From Amoebidium appalachense (lineage: Eukaryota; Protista; Ichthyosporea): a stretch of DNA of 64,000 nt. The notes beneath the pieces are model-generated. The model did no database searches. It had not been told where the DNA came from and worked only from the letters and a program-made list of their open reading frames with translations. Where the stretch lies: NCBI GenBank assembly GCA_963693365.1, contig CAVNZM010000006.1:5683264-5747263 (forward strand). The letters are read 5' to 3'. This document shows, in pieces, positions 1 to 32,195 of this stretch (within the stretch, counting starts at the first letter, position 1; each line of letters starts with the position of its first letter). A program made the position numbers and the translations under genes.

Positions 1-316
1 CCAGCGTGTACGTGCGTCTAACAATTGTGTATGCTGAATACATTTATCCTTGTGTGCCTGATCATTTGTGTGCCTGATCATTTATGTGCACGCGTGTCCA
101 TTTCCGCAAGTGCACGTGAGTGTGCATGAGCACGTACATGCACATATGCCATTGGGGATGTGTACATACGTGTGAGTCCATTCCTGCATATGCTCGTGAC
201 GTGTACACGTATACAAACTTGTACGCAAATAAAGGCACGTGCATGTTTCCTGTGTGCAAGTTTCCAGTCTGCATGTTTCCTTTGTCCAAGTTCTAACCTC
301 TCCCACTCTCCCTTAC

Positions 317-17837
<17,521 letters not shown>

Positions 17838-18759
17838 GGCTTGAATTTGAGTAAACCCACCCAATCTCTTCAAATTCCCTTGTGTGCTGCCTTCACAACC
17901 CCTCGTATCACATCGAAACCTTTCACACACCGTTAAAGACCTGGTGTTGATGCAGCCAGATCAAAGCAACTAGCACCTAACACTACACTCTCATGCAGCC
18001 TTTCTCTCCACTCTCGCTCTCTCCTCTCACAGACTGAGCCTCGATTTCGCAACTCAGAAGTATAGATCATCCGGGAGCTAAAAATAGCACTATTTACCGT
18101 TTACGGCTATTTTATAAGTTATTCTATTGGTTTAAACAGCATCAATCGCTCTGAATTTTGGTTCGCTTATCCGACACCACACGAGGCATATGATTGGTGC
18201 AACAAAATCTATTTGCCAATCATATTTCGGTTCTATGCGGCTTTCTCAGTTTTGAATTTGTTTCGTTTCTGTTTCTCTCAAGTCTCAACTCGTATCTGTG
18301 AGAGCGAGAGTGAGCATGCACATATGGGTCCGGATGATTATATCTATTATAATACCTACAGTAACGTCTTCTTGGCTATTCCTGAGTCATGACCCCTTGT
18401 ACATGTTCGAAATAGCACGTAGCCTTTCTATGACCCTGCAGACGCGCTAACCGCAGGCTTTGGTTGGATGCTTTTTCAACGGCCTGCTCACTACATGGCG
18501 GTGTACAGTATGTATCCGAGATGTGCACGCACGCCTTGCACCTGTCATGGCTTGGCCTACTAAAGTAGCATCTGCGTACGTGTACTTGTCATGCAAATTT
18601 TTCTAAAGATGTGGGCATTTCTGTTGGGCAGTTCAGCTCTGACAGCTCATGCGGCATGCGTGTGCACGTGTCGTGTCACATGCGTACGTGCACACGGGAC
18701 ACAGGAGCTCCATAGCGCGTGCCAGGTGATGGAATAGGCGCGTGCCTATACACGCACGG

Positions 18760-18766
18760 TATAAAT
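18760..18766 (+). promoter_or_regulatory. Candidate TATA box of the Gly-rich protein gene
   Basis: TATAAAT about 260 bp upstream of the ATG at 19022, in the region between divergent genes. Confidence 0.35.
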
Positions 18767-19021
18767 TGAAGGCTTGAACGGCACAATGCAACGGAGCAGT
18801 TTACCGTGACGCACACAAGGCACACGCAGACTGAGGCAACTGCTTGTTCGTTTTTCGCCCTTTTTAAGGGCCACTAGCTATTAGTAGGGAGAATTTCTTT
18901 TCGTAAAGGACAAAAAAAAGGAAGAGACGTCCTAAGTCTCACACAGTTTACAAAAAGAGGTAACTCCGCTTCTCAGGTCAGGCCATTATTTTACGTATAC
19001 ACTTTCAAGGTCGTATTCAAA

Positions 19022-19915
19022 ATGCATTCACTAACTTCTGTGCTCGCAGCCCTTAGGATAACCCTCAGACTCACATCTTCTCAGCTCTTCTTCCTTTTGT
19101 TTCTGTTCGTCACCTGCCTTGTCGGCGTCCATGCTGCGCCTTTCGGCTACTATGGTGGAGGAAAGGGCGGGTTTGGTGGAGGAGGTTCGGTGCTTATGCC
19201 ACCACCCATCGACCCCACTGATCCAGGTGAGCTCAGTCACTCTATTTTCCCGTGCCCATGTAGTGTCAACCTTCGGGCTGTGTAATCGGCATTTTTTTGG
19301 CGTGAAATTTTTTGAGTATCTCCTTAACCCTGTCTTCCCTATACATGAATTTTTTACATGATAACCCCCCCCCCCCCCCCCCCCCCCCCCTGCCGCCCCT
19401 GTCCACCCCGCCCCCCCTCCCCCCCCCCCCCCCCCCCCCCCTCTCCCCGCCTCTCCCGCCTCTCTCACTTCCGAAGGTCCCTTCTCTCAGACTGTCCGTA
19501 TCCTCGCTAATGCATGCCCTTGAAATTTCAGCTTCCTCACATCGACTACCTCCCTCCCCTGTCCCCCTTTCCCCTTAGGCTTATTCTCCTGCCTTTCATT
19601 TCCTAACCTACCGGGGGTTCCCTTTGCCACCGGCATTATCTCGCGTCCCCTGGCCCCTTTCGCCCAAGGCCGCCCCCCTATTACCCCAAACCCTGTGCCC
19701 CCTCCCCTCTCCCCCCCTTCCCCCCCATACTCCCCCCTCCCCCCCCCTCTCCCCCCCCCCAAATTCTCTAAAGTCCTCACGAAGTCTGAAACGGGACCAC
19801 TTATCCCTTGCCTATATTTTATTCCTTTCTTCCCCCCCCCCCCCCCCCCCAAAATGCGCCTTTTACACTCTGATTGCAGATGGCAAAAGAATATATATAT
19901 ATATATATATATTTA

Positions 19916-19946
<31 letters not shown>

Positions 19947-20618
19947 TTTTTCTCAAATTGAATGATTTGAAAGACCACGAGCACAGAAAAAGCCACTTCA
20001 CCCGCAGTGACTGGCAGCAACCTCTGACTCCGCATTTACACACGGCCGTCCCTCGCACACCACGATACATACATACAATACACAGCATTTAGCTACGTCG
20101 GCGGATTCATGGGTCCCCTGTACGGTGGCCGCGGCTACTACTCGGGCCCAGGCCTCAACCTGGCCATGCAAGGTCTCCAAGGGTACGGGCCCGCCGTATA
20201 CGGATGGGGTCCCCGCGGATATATGGGCTACGGCCCAATGACCCCATACGACATGCAATACGGTCTGGTGAGACCCTCCGATAGGCGTGGTGTTCCATCT
20301 CTCAACACTCGCGTCACGCAGGCATTCTTTGCTCAGTTGGTGCGTGAGCAACTTCTTCTCGCTAATGCGACGCGTACGGCGGGGGGTTACGGACCTGGGT
20401 TTGGAGCCGCCGGCGTGGGAGCCGGGGGCCTCGGTTTTCCTGGGGTTGGGGCAGCCGGGGCGCGAGCTGGGGGCCTCAGTTTTTCTGGGTTGTTTGGTGG
20501 CGGGGCTGGGGGTTTGGGGGGTGCTGGTGGAGCTAGCGGTGGTGCCCGAAGTGGTGCTGCGGTTGCGGCGCCTGCGGGCGGGGCGGCTCCTGCTGCAGCA
20601 GCTGCTGGGGGTGACTGA
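19022..20618 (+). CDS. Secreted Gly/Tyr/Ala-rich protein (~245 aa), possible cell-wall/extracellular structural protein
   Basis: Exons 19022-19226 (CCAG|gtgagc) and 20086-20618 (cacag|CA) join in frame. Hydrophobic signal-like LFFLLFLFVTCLVGVHA|APFGYYGGG, then GYGP/YGG repeats and a Gly-Ala tail. Confidence 0.75.
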
Positions 20619-21762
20619 TTGAATATTTGAAGCTGCCTTTAGTATTCAAGACGAATCTTATGTTCTAGATACTATAAGTATCATATCAGGCCGGTATTTC
20701 AAAGAAAGAAATTGATTTGTAGCCTTACTGTCTCTGTTTCCCAATAGAAAATGACTGCTGTACACTGTGTTGCCATTTCATTTCTATGTATACTATCAGA
20801 GGTTGGGGGGGGGGGGGGGGGGAGGGGGAGGGGGGTTTCATTAAGGTTTATCGAATTTATCTGTTTTCACATTAACTGTAAAGTATAAGTTTTGTGTTGC
20901 CTACAAAGTCGAATGATGAATCAAAACTTTGATAGTCGCAATTGACGATGTCATGGAGTCCTGCCAATTGAGTTATGGAAAATGGTGTTAGACTTTGAGT
21001 GCAGACTCCTACACTGCACGGTAAGCTTGAAGGTTCCTTATAACGTGGACAGCCGCGCATGAATTCAGGCAGAATAAAGCTGAGGGCATTAATTGCACAT
21101 AATTCAGAAGCGGCACAACAAAACCGTCACACGGAAACAGGCGCTGCAGGCAAGCCTTGATGATTGGGTGCCCGAGTGCACAAGGGTGTGTGTGTAAATG
21201 TGTGTGTATGTGTGTGTGTGTGTTTGTGTGTGTGCACGTACATGTGTGTGTGCATGTGTGTTAATGCGCGCACGAAGCTTTGAGTGCGTGTGTGTGTGTG
21301 TGTGCCTGCGTGCGGGCGCGTGTGTCGTGTGTGTGCAGGTATGCGCGGGCGCCCGCGCACAGCCACACGTGCACACACGTGCCAGGCTAGCTCACGCAAG
21401 CGCTTGACCTGTGCATGTGTCGCTTCGGTCTGTGTGTTGCACATGTGTGTGGGCTTGTGCATGTGCGTGCACGTGTGTGTGCGCGTGCTTGCGCTTGTAC
21501 GTGTGTATGCACACGTGTGTGTGTGTGTGAGGGCCGGGGGAAGGGGGGAAGGGGGGGGGGGGGGGGGGGGGATAAATGTGTAAGAAGGCCAGACCGCGCT
21601 TCACACAGCCGAAAAATGAAACACTTTGGTTCTTGATGTTTTAATTTATAACCGAGGAACGCTTCTACAAGGGCATGAGATGTGGAGGTGGTGGTGGTGG
21701 TGGTGAAAGTCGAAGGTCGATGGGATGGTAAGCCTTTGTGTGGCTTTTTTTTTTTTTTTTTG

Positions 21763-21815
<53 letters not shown>

Positions 21816-21838
21816 GGTGGTGGTGTTGGTGGTGATGG

Positions 21839-21875
<37 letters not shown>

Positions 21876-23027
21876 GGCCGTCTCGAAAATTCTATTTTTA
21901 TCTTTCTATTTTTAGTAACACCCTTACATTTTGGTAGGCGGCACCAATATCCCTTGCGAACAGAGGGCCATGGGGGGGGGGGGGGGGGGGGGAGGGGGGG
22001 ATGGAGTACGAAGTAAATAATCATGCCGGGCACAGCTGCAGAGACACCATGACGGCATGCCTTTTTTCGAGCTCGAGAACCCCAGAAAAAGGCTGGACAC
22101 CCAGAAGTCTCAGATAGATCGTTTTATTGCCTAAGGCACGACCTATGCCACTCAAGGAGATACATGTACACCGGAATGAACAGCACTCAAAAGAACAACC
22201 CCATTATATTTATGAGACCCCGGTCCCCGGCACCTAGTTTTGCCTATTGGTGGGGTTTCCATAAGCTAATAACACATTAACACACCTATTCTAATGATAG
22301 AACATACACTTACAGAGGGACACAAACACATACATAGGATCTATGTGCACTTGAGTATTTTACCGCAAGCCGATCTCTCGGCGAATTTGGATGTATTTCC
22401 CCTCTACTCCAAGCGTCTTCAAAATGTGTACATAAAATCAACAGTGCTGAAACCATATTATGGATGGGTATAAGGCTGAAGGTAGATAACAGCCAAAGAA
22501 CAAACTGGGGAAAACAAACAACCAAAAAAAAAAAAAAAAAAAAGTATTACAGGAGAGATAAGAACAGGTGGCAATCTATCTGCCCCATGTTCACATGCCA
22601 AAATGAAGAGAAAGGGGTCTTCATAAACTCTTCCAGTCATTGACTGAAATCGGTGACAGGATAACCCATCCCACGAATCGCTTCGTGTACCTACGTGATT
22701 TCGATGACATCATGTGTGTTGTGCTTCAATTCATTCCCCACCAAACAACCCCAGAACCCACCCCTCACAAAAAAGAAAGGATAGAACAACTTCAAACCCA
22801 CACTCACATTGCTACGCCACAACGCCATACATGTAACAGAGCTACGCTTACATAGACATAGGCCTAGTTGCCTATCATCGGCTGATTCGAAGAACACTCA
22901 CCACTAAACAACAACAAACCAGGGATCGACCAATCCGCTGCGGCCACTACACAAACCAACCAATCAAACCACATCATGACACCTGCCCAATCACCAATCA
23001 AAATCACCGCCAAAACGGATCCTCCAA

Positions 23028-23694
23028 TCAAAACGCATCGTACCCAACGGTCGTAGCCGCCGTGAACGGCATCCCAACGTCTCCCCTCATCAGAGCCTCA
23101 ATCTCATCCGGCCGAATGTGCATATCATTATCAAGAATGGAACTCGCAGTATCAACCCCCATCGCAAAACTTCCAGGGACGGTGGTAATCGTATCCACAC
23201 CAGTCCCAAAACTATCCACAGGGCGTAAACCCATCGCAGGTACCGCCCCAATACTTCCATATCCCCTGTACCCAACGTCGTGAACCGGGTACTCAGGCAT
23301 AACCGAGCCAAGATACGGGCCGGCATGACCCATATACGTATCCATGGGCCGAACCGGACCGGCCGCGTGACCCATTCCCATATGCGGTGCCGAAGCCGTC
23401 CGGCCCAAACTGTACATCATTGGCCCGTGTCCGCCCATCCCCATGTGCATATGATGCGCGTGCGCGTGGTGCGCGTGGTAGTGGTACGTGTGGTGTGCGT
23501 GTGCGTGGTGCGGGTAGTGATGTTGCATCATTTGCGGGGCTGGTGCTGGGTACATTCCCCTACGTGCCATCATTGCCTGATAGGCTGGGTTGCTCTGTGC
23601 CATCAAATATTCGTCATCTTCGACGACTGGGAAAAGGGGTAGGCCCCCCGGCCCTAGCGACGGACGTTGTTGGATGTCCGAAAGTGTGTCCAGG

Positions 23695-23783
<89 letters not shown>

Positions 23784-25801
23784 GGGGGGGGTTGATGGCC
23801 ATTAGAGTCTGCTCATCAAATGCATAGAAGAGGTTGAAATAAAATCACGAGTGACCGGGGGTATAAGCACAGATTCCCTTGCAAAAGAAACACAACAAGA
23901 GGACATTAAAGATCATCGGAAGGAAGAAACACGAACAAGTACTAAGCCGCTACTTCCCCGACATATCACCAATACGTCATTAAGAACCTCATGGCTCCAC
24001 TACTGTTACTGGATGCTCTATTTGGCTATGGAAAGTCTTCATTCCTTTTTCATTGCCATTCAAAGGAATCCTGGTTGTATGTATGTATATACATGCATAT
24101 ACATGTATATACATGTATGTATGCAATCGGCTTGGTGTTCAAAGTCTCGCAAAACACCCAGACAATTTTGTGGGTGCTATTTCGGTATTTGTCGTCAAGG
24201 GCATGTCTTTCCACGTGTGGTGCAGCACGGGGCCAGCAACCAAAAATGCGATGTCGGGAGACAATTGCAAAAGCAAAGAAAACCGAATTCGAGTTAGGTA
24301 ATATGCGGCTCCTACCTTTTTGATAGTTTTCGTGCGCCTGGAGCAAAGAATGATGCCGGTAGATTGCGTTCCCTCAGAGGCTTTTCGGCTCCCTCGGGCT
24401 TAACCTCTTCAGTGGCGGCGGTTCCTTCTTCGCCTTGCGTAGTTACAGCCGGGGCCGGGGCTCCAATGCCAGCTGTGAACACGGGAACCGTTTTAGCTTT
24501 TTGTTCTTTTTGCTTTCCCCCCTCCCTGTTCCGTTCTCTTACCATCTGTGTTCCTTTTCATTGTTCTCCCAGTTCATTTTCACCATTTCGGTTGCTGGAG
24601 TATGTGAGTGCACGTACGTTGCTTACGAGCTAGATTCCATGTTTTCATATTCTGACTGGAGAATGCTTTCATCACAAGAACCCTCCCCCCTCCCCCCTCC
24701 CCATCCCCCCCCTCCCTCCTCAGTCAATCAATTTTGCACGTGGAGCAGAGCCTTACCTGCATCAGCTGGTGCCGATTCGACTGGGGTGCTGTTTGTGCGC
24801 TTGACTTTTGTTGGATAAGGGGCTGGCCGTGAACTGTCCATTGGACTACTGAAAAGAATAGAACCCCGTCAGATTATAACGACAATATCCTAACCCCCCC
24901 CCCCCCCCTACCCCCCCTCCCTCCCCCTCCCCCCCCCTCCTCCCTCCCCCCCCCCCCCCCCCCCCCCAATAACCACCACCACCACCAACCCCACCCCTAC
25001 ACACATACACACACCGCCATCACAGCAATATATATACCGTGCTTTGTAACAGCATAAACGTCACTAGTGTGCTTGTGGTAGCATCTATACACAAAGTCAC
25101 ACGGCAGAAACACAGGCAGTATTGTTTGTAAGTTGGCACGGCAGGATTGCATTATCTCGAGCAGGAGAAAAAATAAGAAAAAGAAAGGAAGGCAGGAAAA
25201 ACACCCGTGCGCACGGTACGTCTGGGTTACAGGGGCCAGAGGTTGGGCACTTAAAAAGAGATGCAGACAAACCCACCTCTCGGTGTCCTTTTTTAGCAAT
25301 GCCAGTGCTCTTGCAAAATGATCCTCTGCCTGGCCATTCTCCATCACCGTGTCTGTGCTGTTGCAGGCATACGTGCCGTTAGACCAGGCACGACCGACAC
25401 ACCCCAGCAAAACGGTAAAAACAAGGTTCCACTACCCTCGTTTCCTTCACCCCGTACCACGAGCACCTTTTTCTCCCGATTATTACATGTCATAGTAATC
25501 CCCCCTCCCCCTTTCCCATACAAGAACATATCAGCCCTACCAATTCTTCGTCACCAGGCCGTGGCACCTTAAACTAAGAAGGCAACCCCCCCACCCCCAC
25601 ACACACACACCCCCTCCCCCCCCCCCCCCCCTTCCCCCCCTCCCCTTTCACCACCACCACACACACACGCGCAAAAAAAAAGAAAAATAAATAAATAAAT
25701 AAATCAAGACTAGGAACACCAGTCAAAAGAAAAAACAGAAAAACCACCTACCTCTTTTCGACGTTTCCAACCGTGTGCCTTCGTACCCGCGGGCCCTTCA
25801 T
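23028..25801 (-). CDS. 348-aa largely disordered protein with a TEAD-binding omega-loop-like motif (FAM181/YAP-like), His/Met-rich C-terminal half
   Basis: Exons 25752-25801, 25277-25357, 24757-24848, 24316-24472, 23028-23694, all GT-AG and phase-consistent (1047 nt). Contains PLRERNLPASFFAP, RTNSTP and RTASAP; no WW domain. Confidence 0.8.
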
Positions 25802-28800
25802 TTTCAAGGTTGCTGAAATATACCTAGAGCAACAGGACCGCACAGTCAGAAAGAGACGTTTCGAATGTGTATGCTCTAGTGTGTGACTGGTAAAAAAAGC
25901 TGGTTCGTGCTATAATCCATTTTGCTCTCCGAGTCAGACCTACGTCTCTTCAAATGGCACATAAGGGGGTAACTCCGACGTGAAAAAATTATTTTAGCCC
26001 GCCCACTGTTTCGAGCATGTTTCGACAATAAGGAGTGAAACATAGGTGTTGGGACTTGGCACAACCGCACCATGGGTTAAAGAAAAAGGAGTCTTGGCTA
26101 CAGTACCATGTGATGCAAGAGCTTCCAAACGCAATTGAGAGGGTGTGTGTTTGTCACGTAACATTGCTCCTGAGGGCATGTGAGGGAGGCGAAAAGGTAA
26201 AGGTGGGTGTGAGATGATGCTTGAGAGGAGATTTGGAATCGAAGTACAGTATCAAAATCGAAATCTCAGGGGTAAAGGAACATCAGTTTACCTTAAGGAC
26301 AGGGGAGGGAACCCGGGGGGGAGGGGGGGGGGGGGGGGGGGGGAGGGGATGTTGGTGTTCGAGTGTAAGTGTGTGGAGAGGGGAGAAGCATTGAATCAAT
26401 GTTGTTACGACCGCTTTTCTCTTTCCTTTTAGACAAAACCGACATATTGACATTCATCAAATACGGTAAATACGGTGCGCCAATATGCCAAGCCTCCTCC
26501 CTCCCACCCTCATAGCATGCCTGTTAACTCACATCGGGTGCTTGAGTGTAACCTTGTGACATCAACTTCAACACAGATTTAGTCGGTATTTGCCTCCAAT
26601 CAAAGCACGTCACTTAACACACGTGCAACACTCGATTCCAGTCATGTGTGCTCTAGTGCAAGGATTAGAGTGTGCGAGGGGATATAATGAACTTTTCAAA
26701 AGCTGGAGTAAAGTGGAGGTAACTCCTTGTGGACCAGCCAATTGCTACCATAAAGTCCGTACCTTCGTGTAGAACCGCACAAGGTGCTTTGTTGTTCGCT
26801 GAACCGATGTGTACAGTAAACGGTATTGTGTTTAGTTTACGAACGCAAATTGTAGGGATTCAATGTGACCCTGTATGGTACTGTATGTTAAATTGACCTC
26901 AGCAGCTGATGTGAAGACTTGAGCACCTAATGGCTATGGGTGGTGTCCCGTCGGCTTAACTCAACGGAAACACAAGCCCGCCAGGCTCTACTTTTCAAAC
27001 TCCGGAATATTTCTTAAACTAGAGCATACAGTCAATAGCTTCGTCTTGAAATGCGCAGCTGTGTGTACTCAATTCTACACAGATGCCTTCATTCACTTCC
27101 TACGTTTTGTTTGTATTTTGTTTTCATAACTGGGCCGGGAAGCAGCTGTTAGAATGTGACCCCAACCTTGTAATGATTGTACCCACTAGTGTCTGTATTC
27201 ACAAAAACGCGTGTGCCGAGGTACTTTAAGCAACAAGGTGCACGACTTTCTGGTTTTTCACTGCCTCTTGCACTTCATAAAAAGGTGATTTGCAAAACAC
27301 AACCGTCATAGCCCTACATAAAACGGGCGGTGAGGGACTGAACGTGCCGAAGTGCACGCGATGTACACAAACACAGAAGAACATTGGTGTCGGCATCGCC
27401 GCATTGCATCACAAGGCAACTTGATAAAATGTCTAAATCTGAAAAAGTAAACTTTTGAATAAAGAGCCCCAAACGTCCTATGTCAAAAAGGTGTTGAGCC
27501 CACAACAGTTGAGTTGGTGGAAAATGGAAATCTGTAAAGCTATTATTTTAAATGCATATTTCGGGGATTGTATTCCACAGGCCGTAGGAGAGCCGAAAGA
27601 CCTGAACCCAATCACGTCGCTCCAATTTATTCTCTAGATAATGGCATTCTACATTGTCATGAGTGCGTAAGAAATCTGAGCGGCATGATTTGGCATAAAC
27701 AGCACTGTAGAACTAGAGCAGAGATTCCAGCCAATAATATTGTTTTTATTCTTATTTGGCAAATTTCGAGACCCCTTGTTATATGCCGATCAACCACATG
27801 GACTGAACCCTTAGCCCATGGTTGAATGATGCCCCAGTTCATATTGCTGACCAATCACAAAAAATACAACTTAAGGCTTATTTTCCTATAGGACCTATAC
27901 AATGCATCTGTCAAGTCAAACATCGTTCGAGCTTTCAGGAATATGATTGGGCTAGCGGCTAAGATCCAAGATGTGATCATCTCATGGCGTCAGCCAAACG
28001 TTCAGGTAGGAACAAAACAAGGGCACAAAAAATTGGTAAAACATCAATAAAAGAGATTTTTATTATTATTGCTGCATACGCAATTAGTTTCGGGGTTTTT
28101 GCTATTATGGCTATCTTACTCCTAAAATGTCCCGCAAACTTGTGCAAAACTTGATGTGGTGCTTGAAGCGGCTAAGCCTTGAGGAGCCAATCAAGGGATT
28201 TAATTGGTAAAATGTCATTCTGTACATTCCAAGGAATTCAGAACTTGATAAATAACTAGAGCAATTACTTGACATGACATTTAACGAATCACATCGCTAG
28301 TCAATCAATAATGTGATTGGTTAATTGATCTTTTATCTTACTCAAACGAGTCGAACTTGCCATTGACCCTCGTATAAGATGTATCAATGAATTGCGTCGG
28401 CAGAGTGCCTCCCCGATTTGCAACGTCATCTAAGCCTAGGCCTGCGCTTGCTGCGGATTCTGGGGCAGCCCAGGTTCTTCCCATCCACTCCCGGGTGGCT
28501 CTGCGCAGAGCTGCACGAAAAGGGCCAAGCCAAAGACATAATTAATATTAATTTAGATTTACATAAAGAGCTAAATCTCTACTAATATGTGACCTCGCTG
28601 CTGTATGTTCGTTGGACTGATCCGCATACGAGCAGCGGGCCAATTGGTATCATAGGGCATCCCGTGATCGCGAGCTCGAGTCGGCGCGGAACGCCCATGG
28701 CCCAGGCTGCCGGCCAGGAGCGCTGTTGTTCTGATTGAATCCGGAACACATATTAAAAGATGTATACAAAATGACGTCCCTAACACGGAAGGGGGAAAAA

Positions 28801-29426
28801 AAGACTGTAAACTATCACTAAAAAATGCTTTAAGGAACCATAAAAGCTACAAAAAGCGTTTTGGGTGTTCCTGTTCCTACCCGCAAGCGCGGGCGACCGT
28901 TCCAGTGGTCCCTGTATAAGATACAGAATGCACAGCCGGGCCCCGGCCCGAGCTGCAAAGTTGTAACGGTTCGCACGTACCGTGGTCACGAGCGGTGCAC
29001 ATGCATGCACATGCGCACAGAGTATGACAGATATATAAATTTTTTTAAACAAAAAAAAAAGTAGGAATATCCGTGTGTGTTTGTTTGAGTGAGTGTAGCA
29101 CTCCATCCAAGTGGGTATGTACACGTTTTAATACCTAGTAGTGTGATAAAGTGTACATGTGCGTGTCAAACTACTTAAGGGTAACGAAAGCTTCATCCCT
29201 TGCTTAGCGATTTCTCTGTCTCTTCCTCCCTCCCTCCCTCGGTCCCTCTTTCCCTCCCTCCCTCTCTCTCTCTCTCTCTCTACCCCCCCCCTCCCCCCAC
29301 CCTCCTTCTCTCTTTCTCTCTCTCCCTCTCTCCCCCCCCCCCCCCCCTCCCCTCCCTTCCTCCCTCCCTCTTTCTCCCTCCCTCTCTCCCTCTCTCTCCT
29401 TTCTCTCCCCCCCCCCCCCCCCTTCT

Positions 29427-29476
<50 letters not shown>

Positions 29477-29954
29477 CCCCCCCCCCCCCCCCCCCCCTCT
29501 CCCTCTCCCTCTCCCTCTCCCTCTCCCCCCGCTACCCTCTCCTGTTCCTCCCCTCCCTCCCCCTCCCTCCCTCTCCCCCTCCCTCCCTCCTTCTCTCCCT
29601 CCCTCTCTCCCTCCCCGCGCATCCTTCCTCGGACCCTCCTTCCCTCCCTCTCTACCTCCTTCCGGCTGTCTGTCTCCCTCCCTCCCTCCCTCCCTCCCTC
29701 CTCTCTCTCCTCTCACCTCCCTCCTCTCTCTCTCTCTCTCTCTCTCTCTCCCCCCCCCCCCCCCTCTCTCTCTCTCCCTCTTTCCCCTCTCTCTCTCCTC
29801 TCCTCTAGCTTCCTCCCCCTCCCCCCCTCCCCACCCTTTCTTCCATCCTCCCTCCCTGAATCCACCATCTCTCACCCCCCCCCCCCCCTCCGCCCCCCCC
29901 GCTCAATTACTCCCACTCCCTTTTTCCGTCCGCTGAAATACACATGCACACGTG

Positions 29955-30022
<68 letters not shown>

Positions 30023-30238
30023 ACACAAACACAACCATCAGGCTCCCCACCTTATGACACAATTTCTTTTCTTTCAGAAAGGAAGCCACAAGTGCGTTTT
30101 ATGATCTTGCATGGAGCAAACTTAAACTTGGCCCTCACTAAGTTTATGTATGCTTCATTCATTTCTACAACTACCATACATACTCTCTATTATGCCTAGA
30201 CACTTACGTTTCCATAATGCGCAGGGCAACAGAGGAAA

Positions 30239-31626
30239 ATGGGGGACATTGAAGCAGCGAGAGTGACCGAGGAACAGCTGAAAGAGTTTGTTTCTTTGGT
30301 GGATGAGCTTGAGCGACGCATCAACGCCTTCTACGACTACCTGTAAGTGCACAAATTAGTTGCAGTGCACGTTGTATTGGTGCCCCCCCCCCCCCCCTCC
30401 CCCGCTCCCCCCCCCCCCCCCCAGGGGAATAGGTCGAAACTCGGGTACTGTGGATGACGTGGGCCCCCCCTGAGGATGGGCTCTGCTTATTATGCATACT
30501 CTTTATGTATGGCTTGCATTCTGCATCGTGTTATCCGTTTGTTCTTGTGTACTTCGTACTTTTTGACGCATTCAAAACCCCCCCTTCCTCCCCCTCATGC
30601 ACACCCTTCCCCTCCCCCTTTCTCCCTCCTCCTCCCCTTCCCTTGGCAACCCTCCCGAGCTGCCTCTCTTTCCTTCGTCTGATCTGCACCTCTTCACCGG
30701 TTCTACCGCCCCCCTCCCCCTCCCCTCCCCCTCCCCTCCCCCCTCCCTTCCCGCATGCAGCACAACAAGTAAACAAAACAAACCCCATCCACTCCACCTT
30801 GGTGTTCGATACATTCTTATTTCTTATACTTATTCTTGCTGCTGCGTTTGTTGCATTTCTACGTGTACCCCCCCCCCTCCCCCTCCTCCTCCTCCCCTTC
30901 CCACACACACACCCATTTTTTTTTCTTTGATTTAAACCCCTTTTGTTCTTGTCCCTCGTCCCTCCCTCCCTCCCTCCCTCCCCCCTCCCTTCGTCCTTTC
31001 CTGACCTGTTTCCCTCCCTCCCTCCCTCCTTTCCTCTCTCTCCCTCCCTCCCTCCCTCTCTCCCTCCCTACTTTCCTCCCCTCCTCCCTCTCCAACCTTC
31101 TCCCTGTCCCCCTTCCTCCCCTTCCCCTCTCTCTCCTTCCCCCCCTCCATGTCATTTCCATTCACAACTTGCCCATTTCCTGCTTTGTGCTCCTTCACTC
31201 CTTCCACCCATACTTGCTTTTAGCTCTTTCGTTCGTTCGTCACTAGCCCCCACCGGTTCCTCCCCTTCCCCCCGTTTTTACCCGCTTACCCCTATCCTCC
31301 CACCCCACCCCACCCCCCACCCACCCACCCACCCGTTTCTTCCCCTTGGTCTGTGAATCTCTCCAGCCACCATCTGCTTCCCACTCTTGTCTTTATCTTT
31401 CATTTCACATTACGATTAACCATCTCTCACTCCCTGTCACGGATTTCACTTAACCCCCACCCACCAACCCACCTGCCCCCGCCTCCTCCCGGGGGTCTTC
31501 CGAAGGACGTAACCACTCTTGATCATAGGCTCTGTTCGATATTTTCTGCCTGCACGTTTTGATTTCGTCTTTTGCATTTTTGCCTTCGTATTTTCAAAGG
31601 TCCTTGCTTCCAGCATTCCTGTGCAT

Positions 31627-31706
<80 letters not shown>

Positions 31707-32134
31707 GAAAAGAAAAAGAAAAGAAAAGAAAGAAAGAAACACACAATGCTTACTATCCACCCTTACCTGATTTTCTTTACTACCTTTCTCCTCTACTAAC
31801 CCCCCCCCCCCCCCCCCCCCCCCCTCTCCTCCCCCTTCCCCCCTCCCCTCACTATCCTGCAGTCACCTTCCTATATATCTATCTACTTGAGGGTTTTCCC
31901 GTTGTTGTCTTGCGCTTCCCCCCCCTCCGCCCACCCCGGCGTCTGCATGCTCGCCTGTAGTACCTTTCAATTCCTTCACCTTTTATTCCCTTGAGGATTT
32001 GTGTCGGCGTATGTCACTAAGTTCGTGAATGTGGTGGTGATGGTTGGGACGGTGGGGGCATCAGCAGGGGGCAGGGGGGAAGGAGGGAGGGAGGAGCTGC
32101 ATAGCAATTCAATTTATAAAAAAAGTGTGTGCAT

Positions 32135-32195
<61 letters not shown>

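Noticed and set aside
18009-18345. MITE-like inverted repeats in the divergent promoter
   Set aside because: Matches are short, partly (CT)n-derived and interleaved; no target-site duplication seen.
30454-30930. Recurring [23 protein letters not shown]... (also at 33917, 48647 and 56702)
   Set aside because: It recurs only because it overlaps the retroelement 3' end, and it runs into unrelated flanks with different C-termini.
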